Of a stretch of DNA of 64,000 bases, positions 55,897-64,000 are shown one piece after another. Every line of letters begins with the position of its first letter. Position 1 is the first letter of the stretch. The notes beneath the pieces were generated by a model. The model was not told the DNA's origin, did not search any database, and saw only the letters and a list, made by a program, of their open reading frames with translations. The stretch is from an uncultured Smithella sp. (lineage in GTDB: Bacteria; Desulfobacterota; Syntrophia; Syntrophales; Smithellaceae), in the NCBI GenBank assembly GCA_964443625.1, contig CAYUDM010000003.1, positions 50,324-114,323 on the forward strand, read 5' to 3'. Both the position numbers and the translations under genes were made by a program.

Positions 55897-57039
55897 ATGG
55901 ACGTATATATCAACGACGTCGCCGCATTTCTTCCCAATGACCCCGTGGCGAATGATGAAATTGAAGAGGTGCTGGGGAAAATTCACGACATCCGGTCACG
56001 GGTGAAATCCCGTGTGCTCAAAAACAACGGCATCCAAACGCGCTACTATGCGATCGACCGCAAAACCGGAAAGCTCAACTACACCAACGCCCGGCTTACC
56101 GCAGAAGCTGTAAGGCGCCTGTGTCCCTACGACAATTTCTCTGTCGCCGACATTGAATGCCTGTGCTGCGGCACTTCCATGGCGGATGTCATCGCACCGG
56201 GTCACGGCCTGATGGTGGCAGGTGAACTGGGCCTTGCGCCTTGTGAAATTATCAGCACCTCGGGAATCTGCCTGTGCGGGATTACCTCGCTTAAGGCGGC
56301 CTGGGTCAATGTCGCCTTGGGATTGAGCCGAAACGCGGTGGCGACCGGCTCCGAACTGGCCTCGTCTCTGCTTCGGTCAAACTTTTTTGAGCACCTGCCG
56401 GGCGACCCCGACTTGAAAAACCGTCCCATCCTGGCGTTTGAATCGGATTTTCTGCGCTGGATGCTTTCCGACGCAGCAGGCGCCGTTTTCCTGTCGCCGG
56501 AAAAAAACCGGACGGGAATTTCGCTTCGCCTCGACTGGATTGAACAGGTGTCATACGCAGGGCAAATGGATACCTGCATGTACGCCGGCGGCCACAAAAA
56601 CGAAAACGGCTCGATCACCGGCTGGCGCGAGCTTGATTCCCTGCAAGACGCGCTTTTGCAAAACTTCTTCGCGCTCAAGCAGGATACCGAACTTCTGGGC
56701 GATCATATCATCCGGCTCACCGTGAGCGAAGGACTCAGCAGGGCCAAGGCCCGCCGGAACGTCAACGCCTGTGAGATCGACTGGTTTTTGCCGCACTATT
56801 CTTCCGAATTCTTCCGTGATCAAGTCCATGACGCGATGGCGTCAATCGGATTTAGCATCCCCTATGAACGATGGTTTACCAATCTGGCCTACAAGGGCAA
56901 TACCGGTTCCGCCTCCATCTATGTCATTGTCGAAGAACTCTTTCACTCCGGAAGACTTCAAAAAGGCGAGCGAATTCTGTGCTATATTCCCGAAAGCGGC
57001 CGTTTCTCGGTGGCCTACATGCACCTGACGGTGGTTTAA
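55897..57039 (+). CDS. FabH-like beta-ketoacyl synthase III family protein (Cys-His-Asn)
   Basis: Nucleophile region TSGICLCGITSL, His in FLPHYSS, and Asn in YKGNTGSASIYV. The gene begins 12 nt after the rSAM gene. Confidence 0.8.
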   Translation: MDVYINDVAAFLPNDPVANDEIEEVLGKIHDIRSRVKSRVLKNNGIQTRYYAIDRKTGKLNYTNARLTAEAVRRLCPYDNFSVADIECLCCGTSMADVIAPGHGLMVAGELGLAPCEIISTSGICLCGITSLKAAWVNVALGLSRNAVATGSELASSLLRSNFFEHLPGDPDLKNRPILAFESDFLRWMLSDAAGAVFLSPEKNRTGISLRLDWIEQVSYAGQMDTCMYAGGHKNENGSITGWRELDSLQDALLQNFFALKQDTELLGDHIIRLTVSEGLSRAKARRNVNACEIDWFLPHYSSEFFRDQVHDAMASIGFSIPYERWFTNLAYKGNTGSASIYVIVEELFHSGRLQKGERILCYIPESGRFSVAYMHLTVV

Positions 57040-57220
57040 GGTCCCAACAAACCTTCAGGTTTGAACGTGACAAAGGGAGTTCTTTTCGATTCCTGGTTTT
57101 TGAAGGCCTTTGCCGTTTCGTGGCAAAGCATCCCTGATCTTTTTCCGTTGCATTCAGAGTGATCGAGAGGTATCTTTTGCACCAAGTTTATTTTAAAATC
57201 GCATTTCAGGGAGGGAAAAG

Positions 57221-57469
57221 ATGAACATCAAGGTCATTTTAATCATCATCGTCGCGATTCTGGCCGTTGTTTTTGTGACTCAGAATGTTGAAGCCGTCAC
57301 GGTCAGTTTTCTGCTTTGGGAGTTGTCCTTGTCGCTTGCGCTTCTGATCTTTCTGGCCTGCGGCATCGGTTTCATCATCGGCTGGTTCGGCCAGGGCCTT
57401 GTCTCCTATCGAAAGACAAAAAAGGAAGTTTCTGAAATCGAAGCGGACCTGCGCAACGGCAAGGCATAA
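57221..57469 (+). CDS. LapA-domain (DUF1049) small inner-membrane protein
   Basis: IILIIIVAILAVVFVTQNVEAVTVSFLLWELSLSLALLIFLACGIGFIIGW matches the LapA_dom pattern. RBS GGAGGGA. Confidence 0.7.
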   Translation: MNIKVILIIIVAILAVVFVTQNVEAVTVSFLLWELSLSLALLIFLACGIGFIIGWFGQGLVSYRKTKKEVSEIEADLRNGKA

Positions 57470-57514
57470 GGCCCTTCCACCTTTTTTGACGAGCGAGGAC
57501 TAGGAGGAAACAAG

Positions 57515-57802
57515 ATGACAAAAGAAACCGTTCGCTATCTGCTCGACAGACTATCATGGGTTTTTCTATGGTGTTTTGTTCTGACTTTGGCCTTGTTGCT
57601 GTTGTGGTTTGCTGTTTTCATGCTTGCCGGCGGATGGGTGTATGCTCTCCATGCCGAATTTTTTGATTTGGACTGGTACGATATCAATCAGATATTTTAC
57701 GCCGGCATGGCGGCGCTCAAGATTGTCGCCTTTGTATTTTTTCTCTTTCCCTTCATCGCCATCCGTCTGGTGATCCGAAAAAAGTTCCAGGATGAAGGGT
57801 AG
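57515..57802 (+). CDS. Hypothetical membrane protein (95 aa)
   Basis: Three hydrophobic segments and RBS AGGAGGAAAC before the ATG. No family recognised. Confidence 0.4.
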   Translation: MTKETVRYLLDRLSWVFLWCFVLTLALLLLWFAVFMLAGGWVYALHAEFFDLDWYDINQIFYAGMAALKIVAFVFFLFPFIAIRLVIRKKFQDEG

Positions 57803-57849
57803 AGATTGCGTGGCGTAACCGATCGAAACCTTTGTTGCCGGGTGGATTA

Positions 57850-58389
57850 TTAATCCTTCGGCGGGAGAAAGGAAGCCGGCCCGGCGACGGCAACTTTAAC
57901 ATAGGCGGTTAAGTCTCCCGGATCTCCGAACATGCGCTGTTTTTCTATTTTGTCGAACGGGTGAAGGATCACGGTGTCCGGCTCGTTGCCGAGAACAACC
58001 GCCAGTCCGCCTTCCTCCGATTCCGTCCAACGGCCGCCGGCATTTGTACGGATCAGTTCACCCAGAAAGGCGCCCATCGGTTTGACGAACCAGCCCTTAT
58101 GCCCAGGTCGTTCAAAGGCCGTCACCGTCGTCATTTGATGGTTGCGGGTCAACGCATTGTCGAGAATGTGAGCGGCCGTTTCCGGATCGTCCAAAGAAAG
58201 CTTTTTCCCTAGCTTTTCTGAAAATACGCAGACGCATTCGGAGATCAACGCGGGCAGCTCGTCTTTCGCTGTGGCCATAATAAGCTCCCGGGCGTCCTTT
58301 TTTCGATCGAGAATTCTTAAAAATCCCCAAAGGAAAGCTGCGACAAAAAGCGCTGCCACAAGACAGATAATAATCAATACGGCCGACAT
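57850..58389 (-). CDS. Hypothetical membrane-anchored protein (179 aa)
   Basis: A single N-terminal TM segment followed by a soluble domain. No recognisable motifs. Confidence 0.4.
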   Translation of the reverse strand: MSAVLIIICLVAALFVAAFLWGFLRILDRKKDARELIMATAKDELPALISECVCVFSEKLGKKLSLDDPETAAHILDNALTRNHQMTTVTAFERPGHKGWFVKPMGAFLGELIRTNAGGRWTESEEGGLAVVLGNEPDTVILHPFDKIEKQRMFGDPGDLTAYVKVAVAGPASFLPPKD

Positions 58390-58409
58390 TTTCTCCTCCA
58401 GTCATAGAG

Positions 58410-59645
58410 TCAGAGTGTTTTCTCCATCCAATGTTTTCCGCCGAGTATCCGGGCTGAAAGCATACTGGAAGCGTTATCCCCCACGGCATTGACCATGGTG
58501 GCCGGTGCGTCCACCAGTGTGCCGATCATCGTGACAAGCGGAAACGCTTCCGGTGGAAAGCCATATAAAGAAAGGATCAGGAGCTCTCCGATCGTACCCC
58601 CGCCGGGGATACCGCTGACCACCACGCCGGTCAGAAGCGCGATGCCAAGCGCAGTGGCAAGCGTCTCGAGGCCGGTAAAGGGCATTTGAAAGACGCCGAA
58701 CAAAAAAGCGATTTTGACAACAGCCGCCAGGCACGATCCTTCCATATGCATGGTGGCGCCGATGGGGATCACCACGTCCCGGATATCGGCCGGCACGCCG
58801 ATTTTTTCAGCCGCCTGCAGATTGGCCGGCATGGCCGCCATGGAGCTTCCGGTGGCCAAAGCCGTGAGCGACGGAGGAATGATGTTTTTCCAGAAGCTTT
58901 TCACGCCGCGGCCGCGGCCGGCGATGTATGCATAGAAAGAAAAAGCGATAAAAAAATACAAAAGGGCGGCCGGATAGTACACGGCCATGGCCCGGGCATA
59001 AGAGCCGAGCAGTTGAGGGCCGAACACCCCGACGAGATAGGCAAAATAGGCGCACAGACCGACAGGCGCATAATACATGATCATCGAGATCAGTTTCATC
59101 ATCACCGCGTTGCCGGAAGCGAGAAACGCGGCGAAGGTTTCCCCTTTCCGGCCGGTGGCGGAGGTGGCCAGGCCTGTGAGGATCGAAAAAACGATCAGCG
59201 CCAGCATGCTGTTCTTAGACAGGATGAAACTGAAATCCGGCGTGGTGAAGGCCCGGACGATCTGATCGGCGGGGCTCAGCGAAGCAAGATCGGATGCGGC
59301 CGGCAGCGTCATGTTGATTCCGGATGCCGGTGGAAAGGCAATGACGGCGGCCATCATGATGCCGGACGCGAGAATGCCCGTTGCCACAAAGATCATCAGC
59401 ATGACGACGAGAATCTTTCCCAGCCTTTTGAGATCGGTCATCGAAGCGACCGTTGCGGAGATGGAAAAGAACACCAGCGGCACGATCACCGTAAACAGAA
59501 GGTTCAGGAAAATATCGCCCAACGGTTTGAGTGTCGCCGCGTCCTTTTTAAAAAAAAGTCCGATTACCGCCCCGATGATCAGCGAGGCGATCAACAACAG
59601 GGAAAAGCCGTAAGACTTCAAAAAAGTGTTTCGGTTCACAGTCAT
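58410..59645 (-). CDS. Dicarboxylate/amino acid:cation symporter (DAACS family)
   Basis: The family-typical segments are ...ATGSSMAAMP..., ...IPIGATMHMEGS... and ...DAPATMVNAVGD... The length is 411 aa. Confidence 0.85.
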   Translation of the reverse strand: MTVNRNTFLKSYGFSLLLIASLIIGAVIGLFFKKDAATLKPLGDIFLNLLFTVIVPLVFFSISATVASMTDLKRLGKILVVMLMIFVATGILASGIMMAAVIAFPPASGINMTLPAASDLASLSPADQIVRAFTTPDFSFILSKNSMLALIVFSILTGLATSATGRKGETFAAFLASGNAVMMKLISMIMYYAPVGLCAYFAYLVGVFGPQLLGSYARAMAVYYPAALLYFFIAFSFYAYIAGRGRGVKSFWKNIIPPSLTALATGSSMAAMPANLQAAEKIGVPADIRDVVIPIGATMHMEGSCLAAVVKIAFLFGVFQMPFTGLETLATALGIALLTGVVVSGIPGGGTIGELLILSLYGFPPEAFPLVTMIGTLVDAPATMVNAVGDNASSMLSARILGGKHWMEKTL

Positions 59646-59648
59646 GAA

Positions 59649-60416
59649 TTATTTCACCGGAAAGTTGAAGTATGTGTCGGGGTAGGGTTCGTTCACCAGC
59701 GTGAAATGCCACCATTCCTTGTCGTAGTAACGGAATCCGTGCTTCTCCATCAGCGTTTTGAGCAAAAGACGATTGACTCTCTGCTGGACGGCCACAGTCG
59801 GATTGGTCGGGTGAGACAGTTCGTCGAAACAGTCGAATCCGGTGCGCATGTCGATGGAATTATCGGCGAAGCGCTCGCCTTCCGGCAGGGTACACTCATA
59901 AAGCGCCTGTCCGGGACGATAGTCAGGCTGTGACGGGACCGGCACCGGCACGATCGTCAGATCCACCGTGGAGCCGCGGCTGTGGCCGGAACGGCTGTCG
60001 ATGTAGCCGTCGCGAAACAGGTTGTGCTTATCGACGGCCGGATAGAATTCTTTTTTTGTTTTCGTGTCGTTGAGATCTTTGGCCCAGCGCACGAAGTGAT
60101 CGACAGCCTGCTGCGGACGGTAGCAGTCGTAGATTTTGAGCGACAGGGAAAAAGGCTTGAGATCCTTCTGGACACCCGCCAGCGCCTGCGCGGCGGATTT
60201 CGTCAGAATACACTTGGGTGCGGAATAGCCGTCGACTTTCGCGCCCAGAAAATTATGCTCGCCGAAATACCGGATTTCCAAAACGACATCCGGAATGACC
60301 TCGGTGACATCCACGAAAGTGTCGGGCATTTTGTCCCGGCCGTGGCAAGGCTGAATCGCGACGGCGCCGAGCAGAAGAAGGCCAACAAAGGTTGCTGTTA
60401 TTTGTTTTGGGGTCAT
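59649..60416 (-). CDS. D-alanyl-D-alanine dipeptidase (VanX/DdpX, peptidase M15D) with signal peptide
   Basis: SGHSRGSTVDLTI (zinc ligands H/D) and EWWHFTL motifs. The N-terminal hydrophobic leader is ...LLLLGAVAIQPCHG. Confidence 0.85.
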   Translation of the reverse strand: MTPKQITATFVGLLLLGAVAIQPCHGRDKMPDTFVDVTEVIPDVVLEIRYFGEHNFLGAKVDGYSAPKCILTKSAAQALAGVQKDLKPFSLSLKIYDCYRPQQAVDHFVRWAKDLNDTKTKKEFYPAVDKHNLFRDGYIDSRSGHSRGSTVDLTIVPVPVPSQPDYRPGQALYECTLPEGERFADNSIDMRTGFDCFDELSHPTNPTVAVQQRVNRLLLKTLMEKHGFRYYDKEWWHFTLVNEPYPDTYFNFPVK

Positions 60417-60433
60417 TAAAAAAACTCCTTTAT

Positions 60434-61123
60434 CTAAAATTCGGGGTTGATGACGATGAAAGGCCGTGCATCGGGATCGAGCCAGGCCAGAATTTTGAGC
60501 ATGTCCGCTTCAGAGACGGCCACGCAGCCCGCCGTATCGGCGCGGGCGTTGCTCCATAGGTGCAGGAAAATCGCGCTGCCGTGGCCGGGGATGACCGGAT
60601 CGGTGTTGTATTCGATGACAATGCCGTACCGGTAGAGATCATCGGGACGCCTCATAGATTCGAATGAAACGGCGGAAGTTTCGTTCTTTTTCACCCAGCG
60701 GTTGTAATCGGGGGCGTCGGGATCGTCCACCCACAGATCATCTTCCCCGGCCTGCCGATAGGGCATGCGTGTGTCGGCGGATGCCTCGTAGCCGAAGACC
60801 AGGCCAAGCGCGTATGATCCCGAAGGCGTCCGTCCGTCTCCTTCCCTCTTATTGCCGGGTAGGGCAAACCCGTTGCGGCCGATTACGGCCTTCATCTTCG
60901 GGAAGGCTTCCCGCCAGGTCTTTGCGTCTTTTTCCAGTGCGTAGAGTTTGATGCGGCTAAAGAAAAGGAAGCTTTCGTCCCGGACGACAAGCGCCTGGCG
61001 GATTTCCGGGGGAAATCCCGAAACGGAATCGGCAATGTCGGCATCGGCCAAGGCGGGAAGCGCCAGGGCCGATGTCAGCAGAAACCATGCAACAAAAAAC
61101 AACCCCGCTTGTTTTGTCCTCAT
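60434..61123 (-). CDS. L,D-transpeptidase (YkuD) family protein, secreted
   Basis: Signal peptide ...ALALPALADA. Catalytic block GSAIFLHLW....TAGCVAVS (His...Gly-Cys). Confidence 0.8.
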   Translation of the reverse strand: MRTKQAGLFFVAWFLLTSALALPALADADIADSVSGFPPEIRQALVVRDESFLFFSRIKLYALEKDAKTWREAFPKMKAVIGRNGFALPGNKREGDGRTPSGSYALGLVFGYEASADTRMPYRQAGEDDLWVDDPDAPDYNRWVKKNETSAVSFESMRRPDDLYRYGIVIEYNTDPVIPGHGSAIFLHLWSNARADTAGCVAVSEADMLKILAWLDPDARPFIVINPEF

Positions 61124-61278
61124 GAAACGCTCCTTTGTCTGGATGAAAATTTGTAGCGAAATGTATGACGTTTTGCAATCAAATTATCCGATGGTTTGTG
61201 ATTAAAATTAACATTTTGCGCTCTCAATTCTTGTAATCGTATTGGGTTTGTTATATAAAAATATCCTGCAAATCGGTT

Positions 61279-62658
61279 TTGAAGACAGCCCCCGGAAGCC
61301 TCAAGATGAAGAAGGACATGGCTATGGCAATCGAAGATCCGTTTGCAAAAAGCGCATTCTCAATCCAAGGAGACTCCATCCGAATGCTCAAAAACAGAAG
61401 ACGAAACGCTCGTCGCGCTTCCGACACGATCAGCGCCAACAACTGGCAGGCCTGTTACGCCTTTCTTTTTCAGAACTGCAGCGACAGCATCTTTCTCATC
61501 CGCGGCCGTGACCGCCAAATTTTGGAAGCCAATGCGACTGCGATTGAAATCTGCGGTTATTCCCAAGATGAGTTGCGCACCATGACCCTTGACGGACTTT
61601 TAGCCCCGTCTTTTCTGGATGGCCGGTCGATCGAGCAGCTGTGCCGCGACATTGCCACCATGTTTATCAATGTCGCCATTATGAAAAAATCCGGCGAGAT
61701 CATTCCAGTAGAAATGACGGGGCAGAAATTGTCTTTTGATCCCGACGAATTAATGCTCGTGATTGCCAGTGAACAAGCCGAGACTTGCCTGGCCCGGATC
61801 AATGCCGAAGGCGGAGCAAGCGGGTTGCGGGGCTTGCTTGACGCGATTTCAGAGTCCTTTTATCTGACGGACCGCGACGGCACCATCGTGGAAGCCAATG
61901 AGACCTTCGCCAAGCGAATGCGCGTCAGCCTCGACAAGATCATCGGCGCCAGTTTGTATGATTTGCTGCCTGCCGATGTTGCCATACAAAGACGTCAGCA
62001 GGTGGAAAATGTCGTTTCCAACGCAAGACGGATTCGATTTGAGGAGCTTCGCAACCGCCGATATGTTGATCAGGTGATTCATCCGATCTGCAATGACGAA
62101 GGCGAGGTTGTTCGCCTGGCGTTTTTCGGTGCGGACGTCACAAAACGCCGTGAAATGGAAAAGGAGCTCGAAGCGTTGGCTTTTGACGACCAGTTGACCG
62201 GTCTTTACAATCGCCGCGGTTTTTTTACGCTCGGCAAGCGTGAACTGGGCCGCACCCGGCGGTCGGAAAAACCCCTGCTGGTTTTCTTTGCCGATCTCGA
62301 CGGCCTCAAGGCGATCAATGATCAATTCGGTCATGAAGAAGGCGACCGGGCGCTGATCGGCGCGGCGAAACTTTTGAAGCAGACTTTCCGCTCGCTCGAC
62401 ATCGTCGCCCGCATCGGCGGCGATGAATTCGCCGTCATCGCGGTGGATGCAAGCGAAGAGGTCCGGGAAAGGCTCTTGAGGCGGTTGTATCGGCTCATCA
62501 ATCAGTTCAACGCCCGCAAGGATCAGCCATACCGGCTTTCGATCAGCATCGGGCACACGCTCTATGATCCGGCCAATCCCACTTCGCTCGACGATCTTCT
62601 GTCGTTGTCCGATCGGGAAATGTACAAGATGAAAAGAATCAAAAACCGCCGCGAATAA
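61279..62658 (+). CDS. PAS-PAS-GGDEF diguanylate cyclase
   Basis: Two PAS-like segments, then DQLTGLYNRRGF, the I-site-like RRSE and the active site RIGGDEFAVI. The start codon is uncertain (TTG 61279, or ATG at 61306 or 61318). Confidence 0.85.
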   Translation: MKTAPGSLKMKKDMAMAIEDPFAKSAFSIQGDSIRMLKNRRRNARRASDTISANNWQACYAFLFQNCSDSIFLIRGRDRQILEANATAIEICGYSQDELRTMTLDGLLAPSFLDGRSIEQLCRDIATMFINVAIMKKSGEIIPVEMTGQKLSFDPDELMLVIASEQAETCLARINAEGGASGLRGLLDAISESFYLTDRDGTIVEANETFAKRMRVSLDKIIGASLYDLLPADVAIQRRQQVENVVSNARRIRFEELRNRRYVDQVIHPICNDEGEVVRLAFFGADVTKRREMEKELEALAFDDQLTGLYNRRGFFTLGKRELGRTRRSEKPLLVFFADLDGLKAINDQFGHEEGDRALIGAAKLLKQTFRSLDIVARIGGDEFAVIAVDASEEVRERLLRRLYRLINQFNARKDQPYRLSISIGHTLYDPANPTSLDDLLSLSDREMYKMKRIKNRRE

Positions 62659-62868
62659 AAATTAGCGGTATTGCTCCTGCACGTTGTCGCGAAATTTTCG
62701 ACTCCATAGGCAGCCTTTCCGAAATAAGTTCTCAATATATCGCGCTTATTGTTCATTGTTCTCCCTACCTGGACATGTCGGGCAAACACGGAAATGAACA
62801 AAAATGAACCGGAATTTTTCGAAAAATACAAATTTGTGTTTGACAAAAAAGTTGTTTGAACGTAGGAA

Positions 62869-62895
62869 TACGGCAAACGATTGCCGTTTGCCGTA
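62869..62895. promoter_or_regulatory. Perfect inverted repeat (candidate operator or 5'-UTR hairpin) upstream of the nrpR-like gene
   Basis: TACGGCAAACG-ATTGC-CGTTTGCCGTA has 11-bp arms. It ends 9 nt before ATG 62905 and abuts the RBS GAGGGGG. A perfect TTGACA lies at 62840-62845. Confidence 0.5.
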
Positions 62896-62904
62896 TGAGG
62901 GGGT

Positions 62905-63906
62905 ATGAAAGAACTATTCAAGCCGGAAGATATCGAACGCAAGGCGCTTCTGATTCTAAGGATTCTGGACGAAAGTCCCGAGCCGCTGGGCGCCCGCGTT
63001 ATTGCCCGCAAAATGGCCGAACGCGACGTACAACTCAGTGAACGGGCGGTACGCTACCATCTCAAGATCATGGACGAGCGGGGCTTGACCCGCCTGGTGG
63101 GGCGGCGGGACGGTCGTGGATTGACCGACAAAGGCCTTAAGGAAATCACCGACGCGCGCGTGCAGGATAAAATCGGGCTGTCGATTTCGCGCATCGATGT
63201 TTTGTCGTTTAAAACCACCTTCGATGTGAAAAAGAAGCGCGGTCTGGTGCCGGTGAATATTTCCCTTTTCCCCCAGAAACAGTTTGCCTCCGCGCTCAAA
63301 ATCATGAAGCCGGTTTTTGAAAAGAACCTGACCGTCAGCTCGCGCGTCGCCGTTGCGCAGGCGGGTAAAAGCCTGGGCGATATCGTGGTGCCCACAGGCA
63401 AAATCGGCCTGGCGACGGTATGCAGTATCGTCATCAACGGCGTGCTGCTCAAACACGGCATTCCCATCGATTCGAAGTTCGGAGGCATTCTCCAGATGAG
63501 AAATGGCGAAACGCTCCGCTTTGTGGAGCTTATCCACTACGCCGGCTCGTCTTTGGACCCTTCGGAAATCTTTATTCGCGGTCGCATGACGTCCGTGCGC
63601 CAGGTGGCTATGGAAGGCGAAGGGAAAATTCTAGCCAATTTTCGCGAAATTCCCGCGCTCAGCCGGGCGCTCGTGGACAAGGTCGTCGACGATTTTGCCA
63701 AAGCCGGCATCCACGGGGTTTTATCCATCGGCGGGGTGGGCCATCCCGTCTGCCAGACGCATGTCGATATGAATAAAATCGGCATGATCCTTATCGGCGG
63801 CCTCAATCCGGTCGCTGCGGCCTTTGAAGCCGGCATCGACGTGGACAACCACGCCATGTCCACGGTGATGGACTATGAAAAGCTCGAAGACATTGAAAAG
63901 CTCTAG
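62905..63906 (+). CDS. nrpR: NrpR-family regulator (winged HTH + one NrpR/DUF128 domain)
   Basis: N-terminal wHTH LGARVIARKMAERDVQLSERAVRYHLKIMDERGLT. The rest resembles the NrpR regulatory domain (...YAGSSLDPSEIFIRGRMTSV...GKILANFREIP...), recalled from methanogen NrpR. Confidence 0.65.
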   Translation: MKELFKPEDIERKALLILRILDESPEPLGARVIARKMAERDVQLSERAVRYHLKIMDERGLTRLVGRRDGRGLTDKGLKEITDARVQDKIGLSISRIDVLSFKTTFDVKKKRGLVPVNISLFPQKQFASALKIMKPVFEKNLTVSSRVAVAQAGKSLGDIVVPTGKIGLATVCSIVINGVLLKHGIPIDSKFGGILQMRNGETLRFVELIHYAGSSLDPSEIFIRGRMTSVRQVAMEGEGKILANFREIPALSRALVDKVVDDFAKAGIHGVLSIGGVGHPVCQTHVDMNKIGMILIGGLNPVAAAFEAGIDVDNHAMSTVMDYEKLEDIEKL

Positions 63907-63975
63907 GCGATGTTAAACGCGTTTGGGCGTTTTGACGATATGTGAAAAAACAATCTAAGAGAAGGAGAGAAAATT

Positions 63976-64000
63976 ATGTCAGTCATTAAAGATGTCATCG
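63976..64000 (+). CDS. 5' end of an unidentified gene
   Basis: RBS GAAGGAGAGA followed by ATG 63976 (MSVIKDVI...). The gene is truncated by the window edge. Confidence 0.3.

Noticed and set aside
57108-57128. The hairpin CTTTGCC-GTTTCGT-GGCAAAG downstream of the FabH-like gene could be a terminator.
   Set aside because: The stem is only 7 bp, and the T-run begins about 10 nt after it. That is not convincing as an intrinsic terminator.
58686-59933. A 415-aa plus-strand ORF lies antisense to the DAACS transporter and VanX genes.
   Set aside because: Its His/Arg/Gly-rich composition has no motifs. It spans two well-supported minus-strand genes. It is a high-GC antisense artefact.
1-64000. I looked for CRISPR arrays, IS elements or transposases, integrases, prophage genes and toxin-antitoxin or restriction-type defence modules.
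   Set aside because: I saw no arrays of regularly spaced repeats, no terminal inverted repeats flanking a transposase-like ORF, and no recognisable recombinase, phage or nuclease/defence signatures. The only helicase is Ski2/HelY-like and has no nuclease partner.

Overview
This is a GC-rich, gene-dense (about 90% coding) bacterial chromosomal segment. I saw no rRNA genes, CRISPR arrays, transposases or integrases. The gene content suggests an anaerobic Desulfobacterota-like (deltaproteobacterial) organism, but that is inference only. The content pointing that way is a six-gene Mrp antiporter with fused MrpA/B, an iron-sulfur flavoprotein, PPDK, B12-radical SAM enzymes, an NrpR homologue and a UGA-containing gene.

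Housekeeping genes:
- gltX 3' end
- mrpA'CDEFG
- ppdK
- maf and yggS
- mannose-1-P guanylyltransferase
- rlmI, rlmD, prmA and rsmE
- tRNA-Glu(UUC) and tRNA-Phe(GAA)
- an MFS transporter and a DAACS transporter
- a FadD-like ligase
- a PAS-GGDEF protein

Observations worth a second look:
1. A hidden selenoprotein gene at 42966-43298. It encodes a signal-peptide HMA/MerP-like protein whose metal-binding motif reads C-F-A-UGA. A hairpin places a GGUC loop at +21..+24 from the UGA. The gene is invisible in the ORF track.
2. A translationally coupled operon at 32270-41522. It encodes an LpxL-like acyltransferase, an HTH protein, a BtrH-like protein, an ABC-2 exporter, an ACP, a KS, a Cys-less KS-like partner, a B12-radical SAM enzyme and an outer-membrane barrel. 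A satellite B12-rSAM plus FabH-like pair lies at 54541-57039. Together they look like an orphan modified-lipid or polyketide-like synthesis and export system.
3. PPDK carries a 106-aa histone-H1-like Lys/Ala repeat tail.
4. A roughly 970-aa secreted protein combines LRRs with a permuted-papain (YiiX-like) domain and has a secreted partner.
5. A Ski2/HelY-like helicase is broken at a T9 run.
6. A single-domain NrpR (archaeal-type nitrogen repressor) homologue sits behind a perfect 11-bp inverted repeat.

All functional calls rest on motifs I recognise by eye. No database search was run.
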